A stretch of DNA of 64,000 nt from Candidatus Eiseniibacteriota bacterium (GCA_041483195.1 JBGPFC010000009.1:32001-96000); one strand, 5' to 3'; shown: positions 19,520 to 30,319, counted from the stretch's first letter. Translations and numbers: made by a program. The notes: generated from the sequence alone by a model not told the origin.

Positions 19520-20623
19520 TCAGGGATCGCCGCGTCTGCCGCGCAACACGCTGTCGTACGCTTGCAGCGTGCGCACGACCATGGCATCGGCGCTGAAATC
19601 GCGCACGGCCGCCTGCGCCGCCGCCGCCCGGCGTGCGGCACCCGGCGCGTCGGCGAGTGCATCGAGCACGGCCGAAGCGAGCGCCGCCGGGTCGCGCGGC
19701 GGGACCAGCCTCCCGGTGCGACCCTCCTCCACGATGTCCGGAATTCCTCCCACCGCGGTCGCGACGATCGGGATGCCCAGCGCCTGCGCGTCGAGCAGCG
19801 ACGTGCACATGCCCTCGAGGTAGGACGCGAGCGCGAACAGGCTGAACTGGGCGAGCAGTCCGCGCGCGTCGTCACGAAAGCCGAGAACGTGCACGCGCTG
19901 ACCCAGGCCGGACTCGCGAATCTGCCGTTCGAGCGCGGGACGGCACGGACCCTCGCCCACCCACACGAAGCGCGCATCGGGCCGCGCGCGCAGGACGATC
20001 GTGGCGGCGCGGGCGAGATCCGCGTGGTTCTTGTGGGGGGCGAGCGCTGCGACTGTGCCCACGATCGGGGCCTCGCGCGGTGCGCCGATCAGGGCGTGGA
20101 GATCCGCGGCGGCGGCGACACCGGCGCCCGCCGCCGGCAGCTCCACGCCGCTCGGGACCAGCGCGAGCCGCGCCTCCGGCACACCCCCCGCGCGCATCAC
20201 CTCCATCACCCCGCGACTGATGCACAGGTAGCGGTCCACTGGAAGGCGGTACTTGATGCGGCTCGGCCAGTGACCCGCGATCGCGAAGTCGACGCGACGA
20301 GAGACGACGACGCCCGGCACGCCGGCGAGTCGCGCGGCCGGCACTCCGACCGCATGCGCATGCGCGCTGTGACAGTGCACGATGTCGGGGCCTGCCCGTC
20401 GCAGCGCACGCGCGGCGGCCAGCATCGCGACCGCGTCCCACTCGAATCGCGGCCGCCAGGCTCGCGCCTCCATCCCCTCCGCCGCCGCGCGCTCGAGCAG
20501 CGGGCCCCGCGGCGCCAGCAGCAGGCAGGCATGGCCGCGCATGCGCAGCCCGCGCATCAGGAGCAGCACCTGCGCCTGACCTCCGCGCCAGCTCCGGCCG
20601 GTATCGAGATGGGCGATCTTCAA
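19520..20623 (-). CDS. Glycosyltransferase family 4
   Basis: HLDTGRSWRGGQ, SYLEGMCTSLLDAQALG, VGGIPDIV; TTG start overlaps upstream stop. Confidence 0.85.
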   Translation of the reverse strand: MKIAHLDTGRSWRGGQAQVLLLMRGLRMRGHACLLLAPRGPLLERAAAEGMEARAWRPRFEWDAVAMLAAARALRRAGPDIVHCHSAHAHAVGVPAARLAGVPGVVVSRRVDFAIAGHWPSRIKYRLPVDRYLCISRGVMEVMRAGGVPEARLALVPSGVELPAAGAGVAAAADLHALIGAPREAPIVGTVAALAPHKNHADLARAATIVLRARPDARFVWVGEGPCRPALERQIRESGLGQRVHVLGFRDDARGLLAQFSLFALASYLEGMCTSLLDAQALGIPIVATAVGGIPDIVEEGRTGRLVPPRDPAALASAVLDALADAPGAARRAAAAQAAVRDFSADAMVVRTLQAYDSVLRGRRGDP

Positions 20624-21696
20624 GCGAAGGCCTCGCTGCGCCCTTCGATCGCCGCTCGCAGGCTCGCTCCGATGCGCTCGGCGGTCGCCACCTCGCCGGC
20701 GCGGGCCCTCGCGCGCGCGCTCAAGTCCGCGCGACGCTGCGGATCCGCGATCAGGTCGCGCAACGCGACCGCCAGCGCCTCGGCGTTCCCGCGGGGCACC
20801 GCCACCAGATGGACGCCGGGTTCGAACACCTCGCGCAGTCCCGGGCCATCTCCGGTGATCACCGCACGGCCGCCGGCCAAACCCTGGTAGACCTTGTGCG
20901 GGATGACGCGGCCCGCCTTCTCGCCGGCGCCGAACGCGCCGAGGACGATGTCGGCATCGCCGAGCACGCGCGGCGCGTCCGCGTACGGGATCTCCCCCGC
21001 GAAATCCACGCGCTCGACGGCGGCGCTCGCGGCCAGCTCGCGCGCCCGATCGAACTCGATCCCCTTCCCGGCGAGCGTGATGCGGTAGGGCGGCAACGAC
21101 GGCGCGTCGCGCTGGAGGCGCGCCGCGGCCTCGATCACGAGCGGCACGCCGTGCAGCGGAAGGAATCCTCCGAGGTAGGTGACCCGCACCACGGAGGCGG
21201 GGACGGCCCGCGGGATGTCGAAGAACGAGTCCTCCGCTCCGACCAGCACGCGGCGCAGCCGCTCCCGGCGCGCGCCCAGCGAGACGTACAGCTCGCCGTG
21301 CGCCCAGGTGTCGCACAGCACGAGATCGGCGAGCGCCAGCGACCACCGATCGATGCCGCGGTTCCACCTGGCCTGCCCCGAGTCGCCGGCATGCAGCCCC
21401 CAGTCCGCGACCAGCGTGTCGTATCGCGATACCAGAGGATCGAATACCAGGACGCGCCGGCCGCGAAGGAGCCGGGCGAGCGGCATGTCCTTGTGGCGAA
21501 ACTCGGGAACCAGCAGCACGTCGGCGGCATCGACGCGGCGCGCGAGCGCGAGGGCGAGCGCCGGATACCGAAACACCGCGCGGCGCTCGCGTGCGTGCGC
21601 CTCGAGCACCTCGGCGCCGGCTCGACGGAGGCCCTCGCGCAGGATGCGATTGCGCGGGTAGCCGCGGTCGTAGGCGCCGAAGAAACAGACCCGCAT
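20620..21696 (-). CDS. Glycosyltransferase family 4-like
   Basis: GT-B fold motifs YLGGFLPLHG, VIPHKVYQGLA; ATG 21696. Confidence 0.8.
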   Translation of the reverse strand: MRVCFFGAYDRGYPRNRILREGLRRAGAEVLEAHARERRAVFRYPALALALARRVDAADVLLVPEFRHKDMPLARLLRGRRVLVFDPLVSRYDTLVADWGLHAGDSGQARWNRGIDRWSLALADLVLCDTWAHGELYVSLGARRERLRRVLVGAEDSFFDIPRAVPASVVRVTYLGGFLPLHGVPLVIEAAARLQRDAPSLPPYRITLAGKGIEFDRARELAASAAVERVDFAGEIPYADAPRVLGDADIVLGAFGAGEKAGRVIPHKVYQGLAGGRAVITGDGPGLREVFEPGVHLVAVPRGNAEALAVALRDLIADPQRRADLSARARARAGEVATAERIGASLRAAIEGRSEAFA

Positions 21697-22487
21697 CAGG
21701 TGCGCTCCCGCGGACCACCCTCGAGCCCGCCACCCCCGGACCGCGGCCCCGCCCACAGCGCGGCATACTTGAGAAACACCTGCGCCGCGGCGAGCGCGCA
21801 CACCGCGGCGCCGTGCGCGCCGTCGAGCCACCCCGCCTGCAGCACGTACATGCGCATGAAGCGGAGCGGAGGCCTCAGCACGAGGTCGGCCGCGCTCGCA
21901 TGCCGTCCCGCGCGCCGCGCCTGCTCGGCGCCCGCCGCCGCGTAACGCAGCAGCTTGTCGCGGCAGTCGTCCCATCGTTCGTAGCTGCGGTGTTCGATCG
22001 TACCCGGCAGGTCGGCGACCGGCCCCGCGATCCGAACCTGCTCGTGGACCTGCGTTTCGTCGAACGCCGCGGCCTCCCGCCGGAACAGGCGCAGCACGCG
22101 CTCGCCCTGCCATCCGCAGTGGCGGATGCGCCGCCCCAGGAACCAGGTCGCACGCGCGAAGCGATACCCCGCCGCTTCCCCCCGCGTCACCGCCGCGCGG
22201 ATCGCCTCGATCGCGTTCGCGTCGAGGCGTTCGTCGGCGTCGAGCCACAGCACCCAGGGCTCTCGGGCCTGGGCGAGGGCGAACCGCCGCTGAGGCCCGA
22301 ACCCGTCGAGCGCGCGCTCGAACACCCGCGCGCCGAGGCGCGCGGCGACCTCACGGCTGGCGTCGCGGGTCGCGGCGTCCACCACGACCACGATCTCGCG
22401 CGCGAAGCCGAGCCCCGGCAGCAGGCCCTCGAGGCGCGCCGCCTCGTCACGCGCGATGAGCAGGATCGAGACCGGCAGCGGGTCCAT
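21696..22487 (-). CDS. Glycosyltransferase family 2 (WaaE/KdtX-like)
   Basis: IARDEA, GFGPQRRFA, WVLWLDADE, VHEQV, FMRMYVLQAGWLDG. Confidence 0.85.
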   Translation of the reverse strand: MDPLPVSILLIARDEAARLEGLLPGLGFAREIVVVVDAATRDASREVAARLGARVFERALDGFGPQRRFALAQAREPWVLWLDADERLDANAIEAIRAAVTRGEAAGYRFARATWFLGRRIRHCGWQGERVLRLFRREAAAFDETQVHEQVRIAGPVADLPGTIEHRSYERWDDCRDKLLRYAAAGAEQARRAGRHASAADLVLRPPLRFMRMYVLQAGWLDGAHGAAVCALAAAQVFLKYAALWAGPRSGGGGLEGGPRERT

Positions 22488-23487
22488 GGCGCTCGAGGTG
22501 GGCGAGAAGGTGACGCGCCGCAACATCCGGCGCGAGGGTGGGCATGCAGTTCCAGTGCGGGCACACCGTGCGATCGCAGGCGCGGCACGGCAGATCGGTC
22601 TGCACGAAGCCGTGACGCTCGCCCGGGGGATTCCAGGTGTCAGGGTGCGTCGGACCGAACCACGCGAAGCTCGCGACGCCGAGCGCGGCCGCGAGGTGAC
22701 GCGGTCCGCTGTCCGTCCCAGCCACTGCCGCGAGCCGCGCGATCACGGCCGCGAGAACAGCGACGTCGCACGCGCCGAGCGTCATCACGCCGGGGGTGAG
22801 CGACGCGATCGCGCTCGCGATCGCGTCCTCCCCCGGGCCGCCGAGCACCAGCACGTGCCACCCGGCCGCGAGCACCCGCCGCGCCAGCGCCGCCACGTGG
22901 GAGACGGGCCAGGTCTTGGTGGGCCAGCTTCCGGCCGCGACCAGCCCCACCGTGCGGGCGGGCGCGCGGACTCCGGCAGCCGCGAGCAGCGCGGCGGCGG
23001 CGGCGCGCGCGGACGCGCTCGTCGAGACCCGGGGCTCGAGTCCATCCGCCACTCCACCGGCCGCGACCGCGAGACGCACGTGGGTGGCGGAGGCGTGCTC
23101 GCGATGTCCGCCCGGCAGGGCGAGCGTGCGCGGCACTCGCGTGCGGTAAGCATGTCGCCGCGCGCGCAGCGCGTAGCCCGCCGTGAAGCGCGCGCCGCTC
23201 AGCGCGGTGAGGGTTGCGCTCCGGGGATTGCCGAAGAAATCCACGGCGCGTTCGATTCGCAGACGCCTGAGCGACGCCGCGAGACGCACCAGCGCGCCGG
23301 TCGTGCGATCGAGCGGCCAGACCCGGTCCACGCCGTCGAGGCCCTCGAGCAATGGCGCGTAGCGCGGCTCGGTCACCACTTCGAGGCGGGCGTCGGGAAA
23401 TCCGCGGCGTAGCGCGCGCAGCGCTGGCGTGATGAGCACCACGTCGCCCAACGCGCGCAGCCGGATGGCGAGCACCGTCGCGCTCAC
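22447..23487 (-). CDS. Glycosyltransferase family 9 (heptosyltransferase-like)
   Basis: RALGDVVL, KTWP, DSGPRHLAAALG, FGPT, C-terminal CRAC...CP..C. Confidence 0.88.
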   Translation of the reverse strand: MSATVLAIRLRALGDVVLITPALRALRRGFPDARLEVVTEPRYAPLLEGLDGVDRVWPLDRTTGALVRLAASLRRLRIERAVDFFGNPRSATLTALSGARFTAGYALRARRHAYRTRVPRTLALPGGHREHASATHVRLAVAAGGVADGLEPRVSTSASARAAAAALLAAAGVRAPARTVGLVAAGSWPTKTWPVSHVAALARRVLAAGWHVLVLGGPGEDAIASAIASLTPGVMTLGACDVAVLAAVIARLAAVAGTDSGPRHLAAALGVASFAWFGPTHPDTWNPPGERHGFVQTDLPCRACDRTVCPHWNCMPTLAPDVAARHLLAHLERHGPAAGLDPAHRA

Positions 23488-23548
23488 TCCCGCCCCGCGT
23501 CGCGTGCGCGCACCGGTGACAACAGATCGCGGCCCGCGTGCGCGTCGC

Positions 23549-24715
23549 TCATTGCCGCACCATCGCGGCCCGCGCCGCCTCGCGCGCCATGCTGTCGACC
23601 TCGACGAGCTGAGCCAGCGATTCGACCGGCTCGACGCGATGCCGCTCCAGCACGCGCTCGACCAGCGCCGGGACCTCGCCGAGCGTGATCTCGCCATCGA
23701 GAAACCCCTGCACCGCCACTTCGTCTGCGGCATTCAGAACGCATGGGGCGGTGCCGCCCGCGCGGCCCGCCGCGAGCGCCACGTCGAACGCGGGGTGGCG
23801 GCCGGCCGGAATCGGCGCGAACTCGAGCCCACGGAGCGCCGCCACGTCGAGCGGCGCGACCGCCTCGCTCCAGCGCTCCGGCCATGACAGGGCGAGCTGG
23901 ATCGGAAGACGCATGTCGGGCGGCGCGGCTTGCAGCACCGTCGAGCCGTCCCGAAACGTGACCAGCGCGTGGATCAGCGCCTGGGGATGGAGCACGGCGT
24001 CGAGGCGCGACCAGTCCAGATCGAAGAGCCAGCGCGCCTCGATCAGCTCGAGCCCCTTGTTGAAAAGCAATGCCGAGTCCACGGTGATGCGCGCTCCCAT
24101 GGCCCACACCGGGTGCGCGAGCACCTCCGCGCGCGTGGCGCGCCGCCAGTCGGGGTGCGAACGCAGCGCTCCGCCCGAAGCGGTGAGCGTCAGCCGCGCG
24201 ATCTCCTCCGGGGCCCGCCCTCCCAGACATTGCAGCGCGGCGCTGTGTTCACTGTCCACCGGGATCAGCTCTCCGCCGCGCGCGAGCGCTTCGCGCACCA
24301 GCGCGCCCCCGATCACCAGCGTCTCCTTGTTGGCGAGCGCGAGGCGGGCGCCACGCTCGAGCGCCGCGAGCGAGGCCGCGAGCCCCGCCGCCCCCACGAT
24401 GCCGTTGAGGACGACGTCGGCATCGGGGCGAGCGGCGACCCGTGCCGCCGCGCCGGTCCCGATCTCGATCACGGCCCCCGGCGAGGCTTCCGCCAGCGCC
24501 CGTCGCGCCAGCCCGGGGTCGGGTGCCCGCTCGAGCGCGAGCGCCAGCGGCCGCCAGTGTCTCGCCTGCTCGCACAGCGCATCGAGCCCGCCCCCCGCCG
24601 CGAGGGCCGTCACGCGCACGCGGTCGCTTTCACGCGTGGCGACCTCGAGGGCCTGGCGGCCAATCGAGCCCGTCGACCCGAGTACCGCGAGTCGGCGCGC
24701 CCCGGTCCCCGTCAT
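23549..24715 (-). CDS. dxr: 1-deoxy-D-xylulose-5-phosphate reductoisomerase
   Basis: LGSTGSIG, LANKETL, PVDSEHSA, HPVWAMG, NKGLELIEA. Confidence 0.96.
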   Translation of the reverse strand: MTGTGARRLAVLGSTGSIGRQALEVATRESDRVRVTALAAGGGLDALCEQARHWRPLALALERAPDPGLARRALAEASPGAVIEIGTGAAARVAARPDADVVLNGIVGAAGLAASLAALERGARLALANKETLVIGGALVREALARGGELIPVDSEHSAALQCLGGRAPEEIARLTLTASGGALRSHPDWRRATRAEVLAHPVWAMGARITVDSALLFNKGLELIEARWLFDLDWSRLDAVLHPQALIHALVTFRDGSTVLQAAPPDMRLPIQLALSWPERWSEAVAPLDVAALRGLEFAPIPAGRHPAFDVALAAGRAGGTAPCVLNAADEVAVQGFLDGEITLGEVPALVERVLERHRVEPVESLAQLVEVDSMAREAARAAMVRQ

Positions 24716-25641
24716 GGCACGCGAAACACGGCGATCTTCAGGAAGTAGAAGGTCAGCGGGGCCGCGAAGTAGAGACTGTCGAACCGATCGAGGATGCCGC
24801 CGTGTCCTGGGATCATGTCGGACGAATCGCCGTGCTGCGCATCGCGCTTGAGCAGCGACTCCACGAGGTCGCCGACCTGCGCGAACACGCCGACCAGCAG
24901 GCCGAGCGCGGCCGCGCTCGAGGCCCCGAGGAACGGCGCGAACCACGCGCGCGCGACGAGCGAGGCCAGCACGGCCGCTGCGAGACCGCCAATCGCCCCT
25001 TCCACCGACTTGCGCGGCGAGATTCGCATCCACGGCCGATTGCGGCCGAGCGCCCGCCCCACCGCGTAGGCGCCGGTATCGCAGCTCCAGGTGACGAAGA
25101 ACGCGAGCAGCACGTACGAAGCGCCGTCCGCGTACGCGGTGCCCGCGCGCCACGGCAGCTCGCGGAGCAGTACGAGATGCGCCGAGAGCCAGCCCACGTA
25201 GAGCACCCCGAACAGCGTGACCGCCATGCCTTCCACCTGGCGCGGCCGATCGGCGCGGCGCAACCCCAGCGCGAGCACCAGCAGCAGCGCGGCGGTCGCG
25301 AGAAAATCCGCCTGGCTCGCGTGCGGGCGGTACGCCACCCAGAGCACGCCGATCCCCGAGAGGATTCCGAGCGGCACGTCGGGCTTCAGCCCCTTGCCTC
25401 GCATCATGCGGTAGAACTCGACCAGGCCGAGCGTCACCTGGAGCCCGACGAACCCGACGAACGCGAGTCCGCCCGCGCGGGCGAGCAGGATCAGCAGCGG
25501 CACGAACACCAGCCCGCTCGCGATGCGCCAGCGCAACGACCAGCCGGAGGCCTTCGCGTTGGGCGTCTGCGGGGCCGGCAGCTCGCCGCCCTCCGGCACG
25601 AGCGCTGCCGCGGACGCCCGGCCCTCGGCCTCCGCGTTCAA
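24712..25641 (-). CDS. cdsA: Phosphatidate cytidylyltransferase
   Basis: DTGAY, ISPRKSVEG, GDLVESLLKR, PGHGGILDRFD; TTG start inferred at the uppS stop. Confidence 0.92.
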   Translation of the reverse strand: MNAEAEGRASAAALVPEGGELPAPQTPNAKASGWSLRWRIASGLVFVPLLILLARAGGLAFVGFVGLQVTLGLVEFYRMMRGKGLKPDVPLGILSGIGVLWVAYRPHASQADFLATAALLLVLALGLRRADRPRQVEGMAVTLFGVLYVGWLSAHLVLLRELPWRAGTAYADGASYVLLAFFVTWSCDTGAYAVGRALGRNRPWMRISPRKSVEGAIGGLAAAVLASLVARAWFAPFLGASSAAALGLLVGVFAQVGDLVESLLKRDAQHGDSSDMIPGHGGILDRFDSLYFAAPLTFYFLKIAVFRVP

Positions 25642-26381
25642 TCGACCCTCCCGAAGCGCCGCTCGCGGCGTTGGAAATCGGCGACGGCGTCGAACAGATG
25701 CTTGCGGCGAAAGTCGGGCCAGAGCGTGTCCGTGATCCACAATTCGGTATAGGCCAGCTGCCAGAGCATGAAGTTCGACAGTCGCATCTCGCCGCTGGTG
25801 CGGATCAGGAGATCGGGGTCCGGGAGCCCGGCGGTGTAGAGATGCTCCGCGACGAACGCGTCGTCCACGCCGTCGGGATCGATTCGCTCGCGGCGTGACT
25901 CCCTCAGAATCGCCTTCACCGCGTCGACCAGCTCGGCACGGCCGCTGTATGAGAGCGCGAGATTCAGGAGCAGCCCGGTGGAGGCCGCGAGGTAGGCCTG
26001 AGTCTCGGCGATGGCCTTGCGCACCGAGGCGGGAAGCTCTTCGGTGCGGCCGATCACGGCGAGCCGCACGTTGTTGCGGCGCAGCTCGGCGCGTTCGGCG
26101 CGCAGCGTGCGCTCGAGGATGCCCATCAGCGCCTGCACCTCGCGATGGGGACGGTTCCAGTTCTCGATCGAGAACGTGTAGAGCGTCAGGAACTCGATCC
26201 CGAGCGCGACGCAACCCTTCACCGCCTCACGCACCGACTCGCGTGCCGCGCGGTGGCCCATGAGTCGCGCCGCCCCGCGCGCGCGCGCCCAGCGGCCGTT
26301 GCCGTCCATGATGATGGCGACGTGCCGCGGCAGATTGCCGCGTGCCTTGAGCTCCTCGGGTGTGGGAACGCGAGCCGGCAA
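25638..26381 (-). CDS. uppS: Undecaprenyl diphosphate synthase
   Basis: HVAIIMDGNGRWA, FSIENWNRP, IRTSGEMRLSNF. Confidence 0.96.
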   Translation of the reverse strand: MPARVPTPEELKARGNLPRHVAIIMDGNGRWARARGAARLMGHRAARESVREAVKGCVALGIEFLTLYTFSIENWNRPHREVQALMGILERTLRAERAELRRNNVRLAVIGRTEELPASVRKAIAETQAYLAASTGLLLNLALSYSGRAELVDAVKAILRESRRERIDPDGVDDAFVAEHLYTAGLPDPDLLIRTSGEMRLSNFMLWQLAYTELWITDTLWPDFRRKHLFDAVADFQRRERRFGRVD

Positions 26382-26513
26382 GAGTTCCCCCGGACGACAG
26401 TCGAGAACGGTGCGGCTACAGACGAACGAGGGCGCGGCGCTCGGAGCCTCGGCTCGATCCGACCGCGATCGCGCGACCGGACGGGCGCGGCCTTCGCCGC
26501 GAGTGCGCCCCGA

Positions 26514-27071
26514 TCAGACTTCCATGACTTCGGCCGTCTTCTTCTTCAACAGATCGTCCACCTGACCGATGTAGCGATCGGTGAGCTTCTGGACCTCGGC
26601 GACGAGTCGCCGCGCCTCGTCCTCGGACAGTGAGCCGCCATCCTCCTGGTGCTTGATCTCCTTGTTCACGTCGTGCCGGATCTGCCGGACATGCACCCGG
26701 CCCTCCTCGGCAAGCTTCGCGACGATCTTCACCAGGTCCTTGCGCCGCTCCTCGCTGAGCGTCGGAATCGGCACCCGGATCACGACCCCGTCATCGGTCG
26801 GGCTGACGCCCAGCTCCGACTGCTGGATCGCGCGCGTGATCGCCTTGATGAGCGACTTGTCCCAGGGCTGCACCATCAGCAGGCGTGGCTCCGGGGCGCT
26901 CACCGTTCCGACCTGGTTGAGCGGGACCACCTGACCGTATGCCTCGACCCGCACCGTGTCGAGCAGCGCGGGGCTGGCCTTGCCGCTGCGGATGCCGCTG
27001 AGCTCGCGGCGCGCGGCCTCGATCGCCTTCTTCATTCGCTCTTCGGCGTTCGCCATGATCTTGTTCACCAT
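26514..27071 (-). CDS. frr: Ribosome recycling factor
   Basis: RSGKASP, VEAYG, PTLSEERRK; ATG 27071 with GGAG. Confidence 0.95.
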   Translation of the reverse strand: MVNKIMANAEERMKKAIEAARRELSGIRSGKASPALLDTVRVEAYGQVVPLNQVGTVSAPEPRLLMVQPWDKSLIKAITRAIQQSELGVSPTDDGVVIRVPIPTLSEERRKDLVKIVAKLAEEGRVHVRQIRHDVNKEIKHQEDGGSLSEDEARRLVAEVQKLTDRYIGQVDDLLKKKTAEVMEV

Positions 27072-27073
27072 GG

Positions 27074-27790
27074 TCACTTCTCCCCCACCAGAGTTCCGAC
27101 CTCTTCCCCCTGCACGACGCGCATCAGATTGCCGGGATCGCCGATATTGAACACGACGATCGGCAGCCGATTGTCCATGCAAAGTGAGATCGCTGTCGAG
27201 TCCATGACCTTGAGCCCCCGGGTGAGGATATCGATGTAGCTGATGCGAGGGAAGAAGGTCGCGGAGGGATCGAGGACGGGGTCCCCGCTGAACACTCCGT
27301 CGACCTTGGTCGCCTTGAGGATGACGTCCGCCCCGATCTCGATGGCCCGCAGCGCGGCGGCGGTGTCGGTGGTGAAGTACGGATTGCCGGTGCCGGCCGC
27401 GAGCACCACGATCCGGTCCTTCTCGAGGTGGCGAACCGCTCGCCGGCGGATGTACGGCTCGCACACGCGCGCCATCTCGATGGCCGACATCACGCGGGTG
27501 TAGAGCCCGCGCTTCTCGAGGGCGTGCTGCAGGGCCAGCCCATTGATGACGGTGGCCAGCATTCCCATGTAGTCGGCGCCCACGCGGTCCATCCCACGCG
27601 TGCTCGCGGCCAGGCCGCGGAAGATGTTTCCGCCGCCGGTCACGATCCCGACCTGCACCCCCAGCGCGTGGACGTCGCGGACCTGGTCGGCGATCGAGGC
27701 CATGACGTCTTCATCGATGCCGTGGCCGGCGGCCCCGGCCAGGATCTCGCCGCTGAGCTTGAGGAGGATGCGCTGGTAGCGCGCGGCCAC
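27074..27790 (-). CDS. pyrH: UMP kinase
   Basis: [25 protein letters not shown]. Confidence 0.96.
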   Translation of the reverse strand: MAARYQRILLKLSGEILAGAAGHGIDEDVMASIADQVRDVHALGVQVGIVTGGGNIFRGLAASTRGMDRVGADYMGMLATVINGLALQHALEKRGLYTRVMSAIEMARVCEPYIRRRAVRHLEKDRIVVLAAGTGNPYFTTDTAAALRAIEIGADVILKATKVDGVFSGDPVLDPSATFFPRISYIDILTRGLKVMDSTAISLCMDNRLPIVVFNIGDPGNLMRVVQGEEVGTLVGEK

Positions 27791-27792
27791 GC

Positions 27793-28389
27793 CTACTCCT
27801 GGCCGAGTCGGTAGCGAACGAACCGGCGGACGACGAGACGCTCGCCGGTCTTCGCCGACGCGGCCGTGACCAGGTCTGAGACCGTCAGCTTGTCGTCGCG
27901 GATGTACGCCTGCTCGAGCAGGCAGATCTCGGAGTAGAACTTGTCGAGCTTGCCACCCACGATCTTCTCGATGATCGCGGCGGGCTTGCCCTGTCCCTCC
28001 ATCTGCGCAGTGAAGATCGCGCGCTCGCGCTCGACGCGCTCCGCCGCGACCTCCTCACGGCGCACGACTTCGGCGCCGGCCGCCGCGACCTGCATCGCGA
28101 GATTGCGAACCAGCTCCTGGAATTCCGGGGTGCGCGCGACGAAATCGGTCTCGCAATTGACTTCGATCAGCACCCCGACGCGATTCCCGGGGTGGATGTA
28201 GGCGTCGACCACTCCCTCGCTGGCCACGCGATCCGAACGCTTCTCAGCCTTCGCGATGCCGCTCTTGCGCAGCGCGTCCACCGCCTTTTCGAAGTTGCCG
28301 CCCGCCTCGACCAGCGCCTTCTTGCATTCCATCATGCCGGCGCCGGTGCGCTCCCTCAATTCCCTGACCTGATCGGCTGTCACCGTCAT
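27793..28389 (-). CDS. tsf: Elongation factor Ts (short form, 198 aa)
   Basis: [26 protein letters not shown]. Confidence 0.95.
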   Translation of the reverse strand: MTVTADQVRELRERTGAGMMECKKALVEAGGNFEKAVDALRKSGIAKAEKRSDRVASEGVVDAYIHPGNRVGVLIEVNCETDFVARTPEFQELVRNLAMQVAAAGAEVVRREEVAAERVERERAIFTAQMEGQGKPAAIIEKIVGGKLDKFYSEICLLEQAYIRDDKLTVSDLVTAASAKTGERLVVRRFVRYRLGQE

Positions 28390-28468
28390 CGCAATCCTCG
28401 ATTGTGTTGGAACGCCCGCCGCGAGCCTCGCGGCGCGGGCGGGCGATGCGTCGACGCTCGGAGCTGTG

Positions 28469-29239
28469 TCAGACGGTCGCGGGATGGGAGGTCTCGCCCT
28501 CGGCTTCACTGCCTTCGCCGCCGTACGAGACCGTCTCCTGCTCGCCGCCCTCGTGCGCGAACGCCTTCGATTCGAGAATGGTGTCCGCGACCATGCCGGT
28601 GAACAGCTTGATCGCGCGAATCGCGTCGTCGTTGCCCGGGATCGGGAAGGTCACGGGCGACGGGTCGCAGTTGGTGTCCACCACGCCCACGATCGGGATG
28701 CCGAGCCGACTCGCCTCGGTCACCGCGATCTTCTCCTTCTTGGTGTCGATCACGAACACCAGCGAAGGAATGCCCGGCATCTCCTTGATGCCCGCGAAGA
28801 CGAACTGCAGCCGTTCGCGCTCCCGTCCGAGCCGCGACACCTCCTTCTTCGCCAGTTTCTCGAAGGTGCCATCGGTCGCCATCTTGTCGAGATCGTGGAG
28901 ACGCTTGATGCTGGTGCGGATGGTCTTGAAGTTGGTGAGCATGCCGCCCAGCCACCGCTCCGTGACGTAGAACTGGCCGCAGCGCGCGACCTCGTCGACG
29001 ACGATCGGCTTCGCCTGCTTCTTGGTGCCCACGAACAGCACGTGTCCGCCGGCGCGCACCACGCGCTCGATGGCCGCGCGCGCCTCTTGAATGCACTTCA
29101 GCGTCTTCTGAAGGTCGATGATGTAGATCCCGTTGCGCTCCATGAAGATGAATTTCTTCATCTGCGGGTTCCAGCGCCGGGTCTGATGCCCGAAGTGCAC
29201 TCCGGCTTCGAGCAGGTCCTTCATCGTGATCTCGGCCAC
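28469..29239 (-). CDS. rpsB: 30S ribosomal protein S2
   Basis: [32 protein letters not shown]. Confidence 0.97.
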   Translation of the reverse strand: MAEITMKDLLEAGVHFGHQTRRWNPQMKKFIFMERNGIYIIDLQKTLKCIQEARAAIERVVRAGGHVLFVGTKKQAKPIVVDEVARCGQFYVTERWLGGMLTNFKTIRTSIKRLHDLDKMATDGTFEKLAKKEVSRLGRERERLQFVFAGIKEMPGIPSLVFVIDTKKEKIAVTEASRLGIPIVGVVDTNCDPSPVTFPIPGNDDAIRAIKLFTGMVADTILESKAFAHEGGEQETVSYGGEGSEAEGETSHPATV

Positions 29240-29350
29240 TGCTTCCTCCTCAGGGGTTGGTTCGTCCGCCCCGTTCCTCGTTCGATGGCGCCTTGCTCCG
29301 CGTCGGGAGACCCCTGGCGCCGGGAACGGTGCGTGCGTGATGTGGTGCGT
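29240..29350 (-). promoter_or_regulatory. Putative S2 (rpsB) autoregulatory leader
   Basis: CAC repeats, nested stems (GGCGCC/GGCGCC, CTCC/GGAG), bulged CAGGGGT complementary to ACCCCTG next to the SD GAGGAGG. Confidence 0.65.
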
Positions 29351-29749
29351 CTACCGCTTGCTGAACTGGAAGCGCTTGCGTGCCCCGGGCTGTCCGTACT
29401 TCTTGCGCTCTTTCATCCGCGGATCGCGCGTGAGCGCGCCTTCGCGGCCCAGCAGGCCGCGCAGGGTCTCGTCCTCCTTGACCAGCGCACGCGCGATCGC
29501 GAGTCGCAGCGCACCGGCCTGGCCGGCGAGGCCGCCGCCGTGCACGCGCGCCTCGAAGCTGTACTTCGCGGCCGTGTTGGTGGTGACCATCGGCTGGAGC
29601 GCCGTGCGCACCAGCGTGTCGCGCATGAGGTACTGTTCGGGCGTGCGTCCGTTGATGGTGTTGCGTCCGGCCACCGCCACCAGGCGCACGCGCGCGACCG
29701 CTTCCTTGCGACGTCCGGTTCGAGGCTGAGTCAACGTCTCCGTCGCCAT
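29351..29749 (-). CDS. rpsI: 30S ribosomal protein S9
   Basis: GRRKEAVARV, ERKKYGQPGARKRFQFSKR. Confidence 0.97.
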   Translation of the reverse strand: MATETLTQPRTGRRKEAVARVRLVAVAGRNTINGRTPEQYLMRDTLVRTALQPMVTTNTAAKYSFEARVHGGGLAGQAGALRLAIARALVKEDETLRGLLGREGALTRDPRMKERKKYGQPGARKRFQFSKR

Positions 29750-29761
29750 CGTCTCCCCTGG

Positions 29762-30196
29762 CTAGGTGCGCGGATCCCACGCGGCCGCCTGCTGCGCCGC
29801 ATGAGGATGTTCCGCGCCCGCGTACACTTTGAGCTTCTTCATCATCGCGCGGCCGAGCTTGGTCTTGGGCATCATCCCGCGCACCGCCTGCATGATGACG
29901 CGTTCCGGATGCTTCTCCATGCGCTCGACGATCGAGGTCCAGCTCCCGCCGCCCGGATACATCGTGTGATGAAAATACTTCTTGTCCTGCGCCTTCTTGC
30001 CGCTGAGCGCGACCTTGCTGGCGTTGATGACCACGACGTGGTCCCCGGTGTCGATGTGGGGCGTGTAGATCGGCTTGTGCTTGCCCTTCAGCACCGTCGC
30101 GATCCGGGTGGCCAGCCGGCCCAGCGTCCTGCCTTCGGCATCCACGAGCAGCCAGCGTCGGTCGACGTCGGCGGGCCGGGCGCTATAAGTCTTCAT
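29762..30196 (-). CDS. rplM: 50S ribosomal protein L13
   Basis: [30 protein letters not shown] 30196 with GGAGG. Confidence 0.97.
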   Translation of the reverse strand: MKTYSARPADVDRRWLLVDAEGRTLGRLATRIATVLKGKHKPIYTPHIDTGDHVVVINASKVALSGKKAQDKKYFHHTMYPGGGSWTSIVERMEKHPERVIMQAVRGMMPKTKLGRAMMKKLKVYAGAEHPHAAQQAAAWDPRT

Positions 30197-30289
30197 GCCA
30201 TCCTCCGATTGCACACGGGCGCGCGGATCGGCGGCGGCGCGCGCGTGGCACGCAGACCTGAGACGGCCGCTATCCGCAAGAAGCGACGG

Positions 30290-30319
30290 AAGCTAGCACG
30301 CGCGTCGAAACCCTGTCAA
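30290..30319 (-). promoter_or_regulatory. Putative sigma70 promoter of rplM
   Basis: TTGACA-N18-TAGCTT with extended -10 TG. Confidence 0.65.

Noticed and set aside
27793..28389. Short EF-Ts considered as a truncation
   Set aside because: A ~200-aa EF-Ts form is well known (Thermus-type); the motifs and C-terminus are intact
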